Part shown: positions 11,990 to 25,809 of the stretch, one piece after another | Numbering within the stretch: position 1 is the stretch's first letter | Layout of the letters: each line of letters starts with the position of its first letter | Source: Eledone cirrhosa | Lineage: Eukaryota | NCBI GenBank assembly: GCA_964016885.1 | Contig: CAXHJY010000184.1 | Span: 692,770-756,769 of the forward strand | Length of the DNA: 64,000 bases | Direction of reading: 5' to 3' | The notes under the pieces: model-generated | Told to the model about the DNA's origin: nothing | Databases searched by the model: none | What the model saw: only the letters and a program-made list of their open reading frames with translations | Made by a program: the position numbers and the translations under genes

Positions 11990-12455
11990 GATGATTGATG
12001 CTGGGTTTGAATTGTTGGAAATTGTAGTTAAAGGTTAGGGAAGTAAGAGAAGCTGGGAGAGTTACATAGATGAGATGTGAGAGGGAAGAAACTGGGAGAA
12101 GAGAGTTACATAGGCGAGATGTGAGAGGGAAGAAACTGGGAGAGAGTTAAATAGGTGAGATGTGAGAGGGGAGAAACTATGAGAAGAGAGTTACATAGGT
12201 GAGATGTGAGAGGGAAGAAACTATGAGAAGAGAGTTACATATGTGAGATGTGAGAGGGAAGAAACTATCAGAAGAGTTACATGGGTGAGATGTGAGAGGG
12301 AAGAAAACTGTCAGAAGAGAGTTACATAGTTGAGATGTGAGAGAGAAGAAAACTGTCAGAAGAGAGTTACATAAGTGAGATGTGAGAGAGAAGAAACTGG
12401 GAGAAGAGAATCTATGAATTTAAGTACTTCAACTGAAACTAGGTGAGACTTAGGA
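11990..12455 (-). mobile_element. Second CR1-group LINE 3' end with the same segment tandemly expanded
   Basis: Flanks (GATGATTGATG...TTGAATTGTTG...AAAGGTTAGG; CAACTG...AGGTGAGAC) are homologous to 8950-9715. About 8 copies of a ~42-bp GAGAGTTACATAGGTGAGATGTGAGAGGGAAGAAACT unit. Confidence 0.6.
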
Positions 12456-12722
12456 CTAAACAATTACCACCAGTTTTGTGGCCAAGTCAACACTGGTCAA
12501 GCTGATTTATGATCAAAGACCATCCAGTCCAGGAGGGCGATACCTCCTATATCATCTATCAGACAGGCTAATCCAAGACATTTTCAACATCTCAATTACC
12601 ATATTTGGATATACTTTACAAAAAAAAAAGAAAAAAAAGAAAAAGAAATTCACCGAGGGGAATCGAAAGCATGGTTAAATCATGTATTACTATTAGTATT
12701 ACTAATGCAGTAATACAATATA

Positions 12723-13200
12723 TCTATATATATAAAGTTGTAGTTCCTGTCTGTTTGTTCACAAACTCATATGGTTTTGGAGATAACCATATATATTCTG
12801 AAACCACACTGCCCAGAGTACTTGCATAAGTATATTTCATTTTAATCAAAGGGTTCCCCCGGGGCACAAACCCCCACCGAAAATTTTTTCCCTTCGATTT
12901 ATATGAAATTTAAACTATAGGCAAATTACAAGGTATGATGCCTATTCACAAAAGTTTTGAATTGATATTTTGAAAAAAATTATTTACAATAAACAAAATA
13001 AGAATAAGATTTAATAATGTAATTTTGATTTGATATATTACAAAAAATGTTTTCCAATTTTTCATGCCTTACATTTTACATTGAGTAATATTGAAATGCA
13101 GAGTTTTTCTCCATAAATTATATCACTGATTTAAAATCATTCATTTTTCTTACAAAAAAAAAATGAGTGAAACGCAGCAAGGCGCTGGTAATTCGGCTAG
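12723..13200 (+). mobile_element. Non-autonomous Helitron
   Basis: Starts TCTATATATATAAAG after an A. Ends with a short GC hairpin CAGCAAGGCGCTG followed by CTAG (13197-13200) before a T. No TSD. Confidence 0.65.
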
Positions 13201-13254
13201 TATAATATGAAGTCAAACTTTAGTACTGACTGAAAGAATATGATCACGAATACA

Positions 13255-13642
13255 AGCGTCCGAAATGGGCTTCCTCCAAAGGGTCTTTCAGCTACACACT
13301 CTATCAAGTAACATTATTTAGCTTGGAGATGAGAGAGTCACTCCAGGTAGAACTGCTACTACTCCAAATTGAGAGATCACAGCTCTGATACTATGGACAT
13401 GTGGTTAGAATGTCTCAGGAAAGAATTGCTGGACAGATTTTACAAGCAAAAGCAACTGACAAGAGACCCAGGGGTAGACCCCGAGCAAAATGGTTGGATT
13501 ACATCCATGAGTTTGGCTGGTTTTGCTTGGGAATCCAGCCGGCTCAGTTGGAGGAGGCTGTGTCTGACAGGACCCACTGGAAGGAGTGTTTGAAGACTTC
13601 ACCCCCACGACCCTCTCGGGAATAAGGTGAAGAAGATGATGA
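13255..13642 (+). mobile_element. RTE-like LINE 3' fragment (family B)
   Basis: Encodes YYGHVVRMSQERIAGQILQAK...RPRGRPRAKWLDYI and ends in GAAGAAGATGATGA. Related pieces at ~4870-4990 and 46085-47000. Confidence 0.75.
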
Positions 13643-14509
13643 CGAACTTATATAAGAGTTTCTGAAGATATAAACTAATGGCTTGACTAGAGCAAATCTT
13701 AACTACAGAAGAGGCAGCGAATTAGAGTTGTTAGAATGTCAGATAGAATGCTTTGCGGTATTCATTTCAGCTCTCTGAGTTCAAATCCTGTTGAGGTAAA
13801 CAAAAAAGTACCAGTCAAGTACTGGGGTCGATTTTTGCTCTATCTCTTTCTCACTTCCTTTCTGACACTCTTCTTTGAAAGAAATCTACTGTATTCAGAC
13901 CTGGAGAGGAGATGGGCTCTGCCAGGTTAAAAAAAAAAAAAAAAAAAAAAAAGCCCTAGACGCCATATTGAGATACGGCATCCTACGACTCCCTTAGAAG
14001 TCACGGATTCATACATACAACCTACAGAAGATATTGGTATATTCCTTACATTATTTACCTTCCATAACAATGGATGATGAATGTTCCTTAATGGCAGGCA
14101 ACTTTAATGAAGAATCTAAACACCAGTCACCATTTACATTGAGCAGACAACAGCAATGGTGCTGCACCCCCATTTCACAAATATGGGATCACAAAACATC
14201 ACAGGAGACAGCCAGAAGTTTCAAATCTTACTCCTAGTTTTTTGTAACCAAAACAAACAAGCAATGTACCAGTGGCTGTCATATATGAAGGGGCATGCAA
14301 TAGACCAGCATATATTGTAATATATATGAGGACAATTTTACTGTTATTTCTAGCTTGTCAAGTGACTATTTAGAGGTATTTCAATGGATCAGTGTTTGCG
14401 AGGTATACCATACATAGTATACCATACATAGTATACCATACATAGTATACCATACATAGTATACCATACATAGTATACCATACATAGTATACACAGGTAT
14501 ACTGTATAT

Positions 14510-17500
14510 CAGCAGTTGCCAACCTTTCGAACCTCACGGACCACTAATATGAATTTTTTTTTAAAGATAACACATGTAACATAATGACCAGAGAACTTCT
14601 ATTCTATTAAACAATACTGAAGTGTACCTGTGTCATATTGTCAATAGGTGATATATAGGTGTAACATAATGACCAGAGAACTTCTATTTTATTAAACAAT
14701 ACTGAAGTGTACCTGTGTCATATTGTCAATAGGTGATATATAGGTGTAACATAATGACCAGAGAACTTCTATTCTATTAAACAATACTGAAGTGTACCTG
14801 TGTCATATTGTCAATAGGTGATATATAGGTGTAACATAATGACCAGAGAACTTCTATTCTATTAAACAATACTGAAGTGTACCTGTGTCATATTGTCAAT
14901 AGGTGATATATAGGTGTAACATAATGACCAGAGAACTTCTATTCTATTAAACAATACTGAAGTGTACCTGTGTCATATTGTCAATAGGTGATATATAGGT
15001 GTAACATAATGACCAGAGAACTTCTATTCTATTAAACAATACTGAAGTGTACCTGTGTCATATTGTCAATAGGTGATATATAGGTGTAACATAATGACCA
15101 GAGAACTTCTATTCTATTAAACAATACTGAAGTGTACCTGTGTCATATTGTCAATAGGTGATATATAGGTGTAACATAATGACCAGAGAACTTCTATTTT
15201 ATTAAACAATACTGAAGTGTACCTGTGTCATATTGTCAATAGGTGATATATAGGTGTAACATAATGACCAGAGAACTTCTATTCTATTAAACAATACTGA
15301 AGTGTACCTGTGTCATATTGTCAATAGGTGATATATAGGTGTAACATAATGACCAGAGAACTTCTATTCTATTAAACAATACTGAAGTGTACCTGTGTCA
15401 TATTGTCAATAGGTGATATATAGGTGTAACATAATGACCAGAGAACTTCTATTTTATTAAACAATACTGAAGTGTACCTGTGTCATATTGTCAATAGGTG
15501 ATATATAGGTGTAACATAATGACCAGAGAACTTCTATTCTATTAAACAATACTGAAGTGTACCTGTGTCATATTGTCAATAGGTGATATATAGGTGTAAC
15601 ATAATGACCAGAGAACTTCTATTTTATTAAACAATACTGAAGTGTACCTGTGTCATATTGTCAATAGGTGATATATAGGTGTAACATAATGACCAGAGAA
15701 CTTCTATTCTATTAAACAATACTGAAGTGTACCTGTGTCATATTGTCAATAGGTGATATATAGGTGTAACATAATGACCAGAGAACTTCTATTCTATTAA
15801 ACAATACTGAAGTGTACCTCTGTCATATTGTCAATAGGTGATATATAGGTGTAACATAATGACCAGAGAACTTCTATTCTATTAAACAATACTGAAGTGT
15901 ACCTGTGTCATATTGTCAATAGGTGATATATAGGTGTAACATAATGACCAGAGAACTTCTATTCTATTAAACAATACTGAAGTGTACCTGTGTCATATTG
16001 TCAATAGGTGATATATAGGTGTAACATAATGACCAGAGAACTTCTATTTTATTAAACAATACTGAAGTGTACCTGTGTCATATTGTCAATAGGTGATATA
16101 TAGGTGTAACATAATGACCAGAGAACTTCTATTTTATTAAACAATACTGAAGTGTACCTGTGTCATATTGTCAATAGGTGATATATAGGTGTAACATAAT
16201 GACCAGAGAACTTCTATTCTATTAAAAAATACTGAAGTGTACCTGTGTCATATTGTCAATAGGTGATATATAGGTGTAACATAATGACCAGAGAACTTCT
16301 ATTCTGTTAAACAATACTGAAGTGTACCTGTGTCATATTGTCAATAGGTGATATATAGGTGTAACATAATGACCAGAGAACTTCTATTCTATTAAACAAT
16401 ACTGAAGTGTACCTGTGTCATATTGTCAATAGGTGATATATAGGTGTAACATAATGACCAGAGAACTTCTATTCTGTTAAACAATACTGAAGTGTACCTG
16501 TGTCATATTGTCAATAGGTGATATATAGGTGTAACATAATGACCAGAGAACTTCTATTCTATTAAACAATACTGAAGTGTACCTCTGTCATATTGTCAAT
16601 AGGTGATATATAGGTGTAACATAATGACCAGAGAACTTCTATTCTATTAAACAATACTGAAGTGTACCTGTGTCATATTGTCAATAGGTGATATATAGGT
16701 GTAACATAATGACCAGAGAACTTCTATTCTATTAAACAATACTGAAGTGTACCTCTGTCATATTGTCAATAGGTGATATATAGGTGTAACATAATGACCA
16801 GAGAACTTCTATTCTGTTAAACAATACTGAAGTGTACCTGTGTCATATTGTCAATAGGTGATATATAGGTGTAACATAATGACCAGAGAACTTCTATTCT
16901 GTTAAACAATACTGAAGTGTACCTGTGTCATATTGTCAATAGGTGATATATAGGTGTAACAATGACCAGAGAACTTCTATTCTATTAAACAATACTGAAG
17001 TGTACCTGTGTCATATTGTCAATAGGTGATATATAGGTGTAACATAATGACCAGAGAACTATTTTATTAAACAATACTGAAGTGTACCTGTGTCATATTG
17101 TCAATAGGTGATATATAGATGTAACATAATGACCAGAGAACTTCTATTTTATTAAACAATACTGAAGTGTACCTGTGTCATATTGTCAATAGATGATATA
17201 TAGGTGTAACATAATGACCAGAGAACTTCTATTTTATTAAACAATACTGAAGTGTACCTCTGTCATATTGTCAATAGGTGATATATAGGTGTAACATAAT
17301 GACCAGAGAACTTCTATTCTATTAAACAATACTGAAGTGTACCTGTGTCATATTGTCAATAGATGATATATAGGTGTAACATAATGACCAGAGAACTTCT
17401 ATTTTATTAAACAATACTGAAATGTACCTGTCATATTGTCAATAGGTGATATATAGGTGTAACATAATGACCAGAGAACTTCTATTCTATTAAACAATAC

Positions 17501-18213
17501 TGAAGTGTACCTGTGTCATATTGTCAATAGGTGATATATAGGTGTAACAATGACCAGAGAACTTCTATTCTATTAAACAATACTGAAGTGTACCTGTGTC
17601 ATATTGTCAATAGGTGATATATAGGTGTAACAATGACCAGAGAACTTCTATTCTATTAAACAATACTGAAGTGTACCTCTGTCATATTGTCAATAGGTGA
17701 TATATAGGTGTAACATAATGACCAGAGAACTTCTATTCTGTTAAACAATACTGAAGTGTACCTGTGTCATATTGTCAATAGGTGATATATAGGTGTAACA
17801 TAATGACCAGAGAACTTCTATTCTATTAAACAATACTGAAGTGTACCTGTGTCATATTGTCAATAGGTGATATATAGGTGTAACATAATGACCAGAGAAC
17901 TTCTATTCTGTTAAACAATACTGAAGTGTACCTGTGTCATATTGTCAATAGGTGATATATAGGTGTAACATAATGACCAGAGAACTATTCTATTAAACAA
18001 TACTGAAGTGTACCTGTGTCATATTGTCAATAGGTGATATATAGGTGTAAAATTCTTTCATGGATGTTAGTTCTTTACTGAGGAGAAACATTTTTTTATA
18101 TTTTAACCAAATATTTTTGTTTTATTATCAATAAAACATAAAAATTGCAAATAATGTCCAAAATTTTGTCTCGGACCGCCAGTGGTCCACGAACCACCGG
18201 TTGGCAACTACTG
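14510..18213. mobile_element. hAT-like MITE whose interior is an 85-bp satellite
   Basis: TIRs CAGCAGTTGCCAACC (14510) and GGTTGGCAACTACTG (ends 18213), with subterminal GGACCAC motifs. Flanks CTGTATAT and CCATATAT (6/8 match) look like a decayed 8-bp TSD. Confidence 0.75.
14576..18049. repeat. 85-bp tandem array (~41 copies)
   Basis: Unit GTAACATAATGACCAGAGAACTTCTATTCTATTAAACAATACTGAAGTGTACCTGTGTCATATTGTCAATAGGTGATATATAGGT, very homogeneous. Confidence 0.97.
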
Positions 18214-19053
18214 CCATATATGGTAGTTGTTAGAATATGTACAGACATGTATAGTAAACAGCAATACTCGCCACCTCACTCGTCACTACTCCACACCATC
18301 CCATTATCAGGTTGTTCACCAGGTAGATTTAATCAGCAATTTAAACAGGTAATAGAGACGTTAAGCAATGGATAAGACAATAATTCCTAACAAAGGTGTA
18401 TCAGACTGGTTCAATAGTTGCTGTCAGAATTTCTAAACCCCTTCCCCCTCTCACACACATCCCTCCCCCACTGACACACCCCTCACTCACCCCCTAACAC
18501 CAACTCTTTTTAGTTTTCAACAGCCACCATTACACACCAGTCTCCCTCTTTCAGAACTATTTAATTTTTTTACAGGCATAGTGCATCTAGGACTACATTA
18601 TCCAATGTGTTCTTTCTTTTCAAGACTAGGCTGGGATTTTAAGGATATTTGGCTGCTATTTCTAGCAAGTCCCCTCCTTCAGATTGAAGCTGTTGCAACA
18701 GGCCATAGGCAGATTTTAAGATTTGATTGCTATTTATAGCAGGTCTACCAACCATATTAATATCGTCCCCTCTCCTTCAGCTGTTACAACTTACCATAGG
18801 CTGAGATTTGGCTGTCATTTCTAGCAGGTCTACCAACTATTACAACTGGCCACACAGCTGAGGTTTGGCTGCTATTTCCAGCAGGTCTGCCAACTGGCTA
18901 TACAGCTCTGCTCTAATGGACATCTCCCCCTCTCGTCTTAATCAATAAAACTATTATGTTTTAAACTCTTAAAGCTTTTTTCTTCAATAGTTCTGATTAG
19001 TCACTGGCATATTTTATTTATTTTTTATATTGTTTTCCATTCAGCTCCTCCAT

Positions 19054-20388
19054 CCACCCCATTGGTAATACTATAGGTAAGATGTTGTGCTGATGGGTTT
19101 TGATCTTCCCCACCCCATTGGTAATACTATAGGTAGGATGTTGTGCTGATGGGTTTTGATCTTCCCCACCCCATTGGTAATACTATAGGTAAGATGTTGT
19201 GCTGATGGGTTTTGATCTTCCCCACCCCATTGGTAATACTATAGGTAAGATGTTGTGCTGATGGGTTTTGATCTTCCCCACCCCATTGGTAATACTATAG
19301 GTAAGATGTTGTGCTGATGGGTTTTGATCTTCCCCACCCCATTGGTAATACTATAGGTAGGATGTTGTGCTGATGGGTTTTGATCTTCCCCACCCCATTG
19401 GTAATACTATAGGTAAGATGTTGTGCTGATGGGTTTTGATCTTCCCCACCCCATTGGTAATACTATAGGTAGGATGTTGTGCTGATGGGTTTTGATCTTC
19501 CCCACCCCATTGGTAATACTATAGGTAAGATGTTGTGCTGATGGGTTTTGATCTTCCCCACCCCATTGGTAATACTATAGGTAGGATGTTGTGCTGATGG
19601 GTTTTGATCTTCCCCACCCCATTGGTAATACTATAGGTAAGATGTTGTGCTGATGGGTTTTGATCTTCCCCACCCCATTGGTAATACTATAGGTAGGATG
19701 TTGTGCTGATGGGTTTTGATCTTCCCCACCCCATTGGTAATACTATAGGTAAGATGTTGTGCTGATGGGTTTTGATCTTCCCCACCCCATTGGTAATACT
19801 ATAGGTAAGATGTTGTGCTGATGGGTTTTGATCTTCCCCACCCCATTGGTAATACTATAGGTAAGATGTTGTGCTGATGGGTTTTGATCTTCCCCACCCC
19901 ATTGGTAATACTATAGGTAGGATGTTGTGCTGATGGGTTTTGATCTTCCCCACCCCATTGGTAATACTATAGGTAAGATGTTGTGCTGATGGGTTTTGAT
20001 CTTCCCCACCCCATTGGTAATACTATAGGTAGGATGTTGTGCTGATGGGTTTTGATCTTCCCCACCCCATTGGTAATACTATAGGTAAGATGTTGTGCTG
20101 ATGGGTTTTGATCTTCCCCACCCCATTGGTAATACTATAGGTAGGATGTTGTGCTGATGGGTTTTGATCTTCCCCACCCCATTGGTAATACTATAGGTAG
20201 GATGTTGTGCTGATGGGTTTTGATCTTCCCCACCCCATTGGTAATACTATAGGTAGGATGTTGTGCTGATGGGTTTTGATCTTCCCCACCCCATTGGTAA
20301 TACTATAGGTAGGATGTTGTGCTGATGGGTTTTGATCTTCCCCACCCCATTGGTAATACTATAGGTAGGATGTTGTGCTGATGGGTTT
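19054..20388. repeat. 56-bp tandem array (~24 copies)
   Basis: Unit CCACCCCATTGGTAATACTATAGGTA[A/G]GATGTTGTGCTGATGGGTTTTGATCTTCC, with essentially one variable position. Confidence 0.97.
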
Positions 20389-20487
20389 TTATATGAAAGC
20401 CCTTTCTTTACCGTTAATTACTAAAATACTGGAGAAATGGATGGGACCTGTTTTGATCAAATGGAACTGTACAATAAATGGCTGTAA

Positions 20488-20752
20488 TTGTAGTAGTAGT
20501 GGCGGTAGTAGTAATAGTGGCAGTTGTAGTAGTAGCAGTTGTAGTAGTAGTAATAGCAGTTGTAGTAGTAGTAATAGCAGTTGTAGTAGTAGTAATAGTA
20601 GTTGTAGTAGTTGCAGTAGTAGTAATAGTAGTTGCAGTAGTAGTAATAGTAGTTGCAGTAGTAGTAATAGTAGTGGCAGTAGTAATAGTAGTGGCAGTAG
20701 TAGTAGTGGCAGTAGTAGTAGTAATAACAGTAGTAACAACAGCAGTAGTGGT
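20488..20752. repeat. Imperfect (GTA/GCA)n trinucleotide tract
   Basis: Direct reading; it produces the poly-S, poly-V and poly-L ORFs in the track. Confidence 0.9.
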
Positions 20753-21651
20753 ATTGTTTGCTCTATCCTTACCTGGATGTCCTCAATAGATTTAATCACT
20801 AAAGTCTAAATTCTAAGAGGTAAAACAAGAAGAAGGTTCCATTAATGAGAGGATATTTCCATTGTTTCTCCCCTATCTCCAGACCCAGCCCTCTTTCAGT
20901 AGGACTATACAAGTTCTGTCAATCCTCTTATTCAGACATTATGTATCTACTTGTGTCTTATCTAAAGTAACCTTAAAAATCAGCTTGTTTAATCATTATC
21001 ATCATTTAATGTCTATCTTCCATGCTAGCATAGGTTAGACGGGTTTGTCCTATTTAGAGGCAAGTTGGGTCGGGTGACCATGTCTTGCTCATATAGGACT
21101 GTTTCCGGCTGGTTTTCTACGGCTGGATGCCCTTCCTAATGCCAACCACATTTACAGTGTGTGCTGGGTGCTTTTTGCTGCATTTCTTACATGACCACTT
21201 TACAGTGTGAACTGGATGTTTAATAATGATAATGAAAATTGTGTAGTGCTCAGGTGCACTACAACTCATCAAATGTGCATGTGTAGTACATAGAATAATG
21301 TACAAATGTCAGGAAAGTGAACATTGTATGAGTCATGATATCCACACATATACATGCATGCGTGTGTATGGAGGGGGAATATCAGGTGTAGTGTTGGCAA
21401 ATTTCAGGAAGCATGGAAGTTTTGAAGGATGCAGTGTCCCGACCGCAGGACATTCAGTCTTAAAGTCCACTACCACATGAAACCCTACATTAGCAAGATA
21501 TTCTGGAAAAGTACAAAACAGTACTATGACTACATTGCTTTATATATTTAGGCCTTTATGACCCCCCACTCCTGCCTTGTGAGTGAAACTGGGTAAATGG
21601 AAAATGTTTTTAAGGTCCTCACATGAGCAATATTTGCAATTCCAAAGCCAT

Positions 21652-22444
21652 TCATCATCATCATCATCACCGTTTTACGTCCGTTCTTCCATGCTAGCAT
21701 GGGTTAGACGGGTTGTCCCGTTGTGTGCAGTGTCTGGTCGGCTGACCATGCCTTGCTCATACAGGAACTGATCATGGCTTGATTCCTACAGCTGGATGCC
21801 CTTCCTAACACCAACCTCATTTACAGTGAGTGCTGGGTGCTTTTTCGTGGCGCCTACACGTCCACTTTACAGTGTGCGCTGGGTGCTTTTTTGCCGTGGC
21901 ACCTCCACGACCACCTAGCGGAGGGGGGTGTGGGGGCATATTGTTTATATGCTTCAGCATGTACCCATGGGAGGTCGGGTACTCTGTATTACTGCGTGAC
22001 GCCAGAAGTCACGTTGTGTGTCATTGTCTTTGAGAGGTGTAATTGGGTAAGGTCGGCTTTTATCACCTCATCCCAAGTCATCTTGGGTCTCCCCACTCCG
22101 CGGTTTCCATCAACTTCTAGTGCTCTGCACCTTTTTATGCAGCTGTCATCCTTCATACGCATCACATGTCCATACCAGCGCAACCGTCTCTCCTGCAAAC
22201 AGCATTTGATTCCTCTTATGCTCAGTCTCTCTCTCAATTCATTTATGCTTTGCCGTTCGCGTATTACACATCCATCTGAGCATGTAGGCTTTGTTTCTTT
22301 CTAATCTACGTAAGTCTTCCACCTTCAGCGCCCAGGTCTCACTACCATGCAACATCGCTGTTCGGATACACGCATCATACAGTCTGCCTTTCATTCTGAG
22401 GGAGAAGCCTTTTGCAGCTAGCAGTGGTAGTAGTTCCCTAAATT
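21652..22444 (-). mobile_element. RTE LINE 3' fragment (family A)
   Basis: ORF 21989-22237(-) [27 protein letters not shown]...GRPKMTW. (GAT)n tail at 21652. Nearly identical to 56888-57643. Confidence 0.9.
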
Positions 22445-23439
22445 GTTTATATTTATCTAAAAACCTTCGATTACCATATTTCTAATAAAAAACAATGTGC
22501 ATGATTTTAAAATAATTTTGAAAAATAATTAAGAATTTGGAGGAAATTAGTAATATAACTCATTATCAAACTGGTGGATAATAACTTAAAGGTTCTCACA
22601 AACTTATGATGGAAGGTTTTTAGATGAATATAAACGCTTTAAAATAAACAGTTTTGTATTGTAAAACCAGGCAGTTTGGTATCAAAAGGGTTACAGTGAT
22701 CTTTGGAACATAACTTAAAGGTTCTTACATAAAATTTTTAGATAAATATAAACACTTTAAAATAAATAGTTTTGAATCACAGAACTAGGGGTGCTTTTAT
22801 GTAGTTTGGTATCTGGGACATAACTTAACAGAGGCCTTTACATAAACCTTTTATGGAAGATTTTTAGATAAATATAAACACTTTAAAAAATACAGTTTTG
22901 TATCATAGAACTAGGTGGTTTCAGAGAGTGTGGTATAAAATAAAGGTTAAAATTACAGAGAAAATTGCCTCTCTCTCTACCAGCCACGCACATTTGGAAG
23001 AAAGAATTTAGTATCTTAGTTAATCGGTTGACCGTTTTGTCACTGGAAGTGACTCAGACCAAAGACAATGACCAGTTAGGTTTTTATAATTACATATTTG
23101 GTGTTTTTGTGATTTGGTCTTGACATTTTAATTGTCCTATATATTTCATTTTATTTAATAAACAACTTCACAAGACACTTAGTAACTAACAAAGGAGCTT
23201 CTTGAAATGCTAGACATAACAGTCAAATACTCATCAAATCACACCCTATTCTGTATATATAGGCAGCAAATTGGCAGTGTCGTTAGAATGTTGGGTAGAA
23301 TGCTTCGCAGTATTTATTTCGGCTCTCTGAGTTCAAATCCCGCCAAGGTCAACTTTGCCTTTCATCCTTTCGAGGTCAATAGAGAGCTGGAACAAATACC
23401 ACAAAGCATTCTATCTCATGTTCTAACAACTGTCAATTA

Positions 23440-23715
23440 TCCAAATATAAAGATCTAGAGATAGAAATAACCTGAATGTGGATGAAGACAGAAACAATAG
23501 CTATAATAATTGATGCTCTAGGAATGATAAAACATCACAGATACATAGCCAACACCCCAGGACTTACAAATATATATGACAAAGATAGCACTACTAGGAA
23601 CTGCACACATTACAAAGAGTACTATCAATACAATAGAAACAACATCAAAAACCATATTGCACATACCCAAGGTGCACAGAGCTGTGCTTAGAAATGCAGT
23701 GATAATGCGCAAAAT
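23440..23715 (+). mobile_element. 3' fragment of an R4/Dong-type (restriction-like endonuclease) non-LTR retrotransposon
   Basis: Decayed KYKDLEIEIT*MW.KTETIAIIIDALGMIK...KIALLGTAHI, the typical C-terminus downstream of the RLE domain in R4-clade elements (family knowledge). Confidence 0.6.
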
Positions 23716-24371
23716 AATTGTTTCTACTTTTGGCACAAGGCCAGCAATTACCAGTGTATTACTGGTACTTTATTTTATCGACCCCGTAAGGATGACAAGC
23801 AAAGCTAACCGTGGCAGGATTTGAACTCAGAACGTAAAGGGCCGTAACTCTCTGCCGCAGAGCAGGGTGTCTGCTGCGCAAAATAATAAAACAGCTATTT
23901 TCCATCAAAACGTGTTATTTTATGATTTCCACTCCATATCAAAGCAATCCTAACCACAATTCTTTTGATCAATATTAACTACACAGCCATCTTTATTCCT
24001 CTTCTTTTCAAACTTATTCAGCCTCTGCCTATTTATAAAAGTCCAACCTCTATTATATCATTAATCATTTATTCTTCCAATCAATCAAGCCTAAATTTAT
24101 GCACCTGACTAATATAGGTACACAATGTTTAAACTAACAACTATTATTACACAGCCTTCGCCCCAGCCTCACACCACCCACCCCGCCTCACACCACTACA
24201 CCCTACTCCACCAATCTCACCCCACCCAGCCTCACACCACCCTACTCCACCAATCTCACCCCACCCAGCCTCACACCACCCCACCCTCACACCAACTGCT
24301 ATCTCCCTAAATCTCAGTTTTTAAATTATTTTTATCATTATTAAACCTGTTTACATGCAAAACCCAAATAC

Positions 24372-25125
24372 CAACACAAGACATACATACACACACCAAC
24401 TCAACAACACACATACATACATACACACACACCAACTCAACAACACACATACATACACACACACCAACTCAACAACACACATACATACACACCAACTCAA
24501 CAACGCACACATACATACACACCAACTCAACAACACACACATACATACACACACCAACTCAACAACACATACATACACACACCAACTCAACAACACACAC
24601 ATACACACACCAACTCAACAACACACATACACACACCAACTCAACACACATACATACACACCAACTCAACAACACATACATACACACACCAACTCAACAA
24701 CACACACATACATACACACACCAACTTAACAACACATACATACACACACCAACTCAACAACACACACATACATACACACACCAACTCAACAACACACACA
24801 TACATACAAACTCGACAACACACACATACATACACACACCAACTCAACAACACACACATACATACACACACCAACTCAACAACACACATACATACATACA
24901 CACACCAACTCAACAACACACATACATACATACACACACCAACTCAACAACACACACAGACCAACTCAACAACATACACACACAACACACCAACTCAACA
25001 ACATACACACACAACACACCAACTCAACAACATACACACACAAACACATACACACAACACACCAGCACACATACATACACACCAGCACACACAACACCAA
25101 CACACACAGACCAACATCCACATAC
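24372..25125. repeat. CA-rich ~30-bp minisatellite
   Basis: Repeated ACACACCAACTCAACAACACACATACAT. Confidence 0.88.
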
Positions 25126-25809
25126 ACTGTTTTGTCCTGTGTCATCCTAATGTTTTCTTAATGTTAACCCTTATGGCTAATAAAGACACCATTATTACTA
25201 TAGTGGTGGATTACCAGTAATGCACTGGGGTCGATTTAGTCAACTTTCCCCTCCTCAAAATTGTTGGCCTTGTATCTATATCAGAAACAACTCAGATGCG
25301 ACGTCTTCATATTTTTGTTGTTCCTATTTGTTGCTGTGCTCATAATTGTTTTGGCATTGATACACTGGTTGGCTGCCCTTCCTAACACCAGCGCCACTTT
25401 ACAGCATGGACTGGGTGCTTTTATTCGTGCCACCAGCACTAGAGAGGATGTCTTACTGGACTCATGGGCCCTCTCTACCCCTCCATTTTACAGCATGGTC
25501 ATAAAAAAACCCCACAAAAACCCCACTTATTGACACTCACGGCACACACACACACACACACACCAACACTCATGCATACAAACACACACACGCCACACAC
25601 ACACACACACACACACACATACATACATTACCGTCAGTACTGATACAAGATCATGTCAACTTGACTTTTACAGTTCAGTTTTTATATAATAATTGTTTCT
25701 ACTATTGGCACAAGGCCAGCAATTACCCAGTACATTACTGGTACTTTATTTTATCGACCCCGTAAGGATGAAAGGTAAAGTTAACCTCGCCTTTCATATA
25801 TAATAATAA

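Noticed and set aside
14059-14180. Possible upstream ABHD2 exon (minus-strand LLNVNGDWCLDSSLKLPAIKEHSSSIVME, donor gtaaat)
   Set aside because: Weak resemblance only, no hydrophobic N-terminus or start codon, and it ends in phase 1 whereas the exon at 4781 needs phase 2.
14576-20388. CRISPR-like appearance of the regular arrays
   Set aside because: The units repeat end to end with no unique spacers, there are no cas genes, and the context is eukaryotic.
20375-20809. Poly-Ser/Cys and poly-Val ORFs on the + strand
   Set aside because: Products of the (GTA)n tract.
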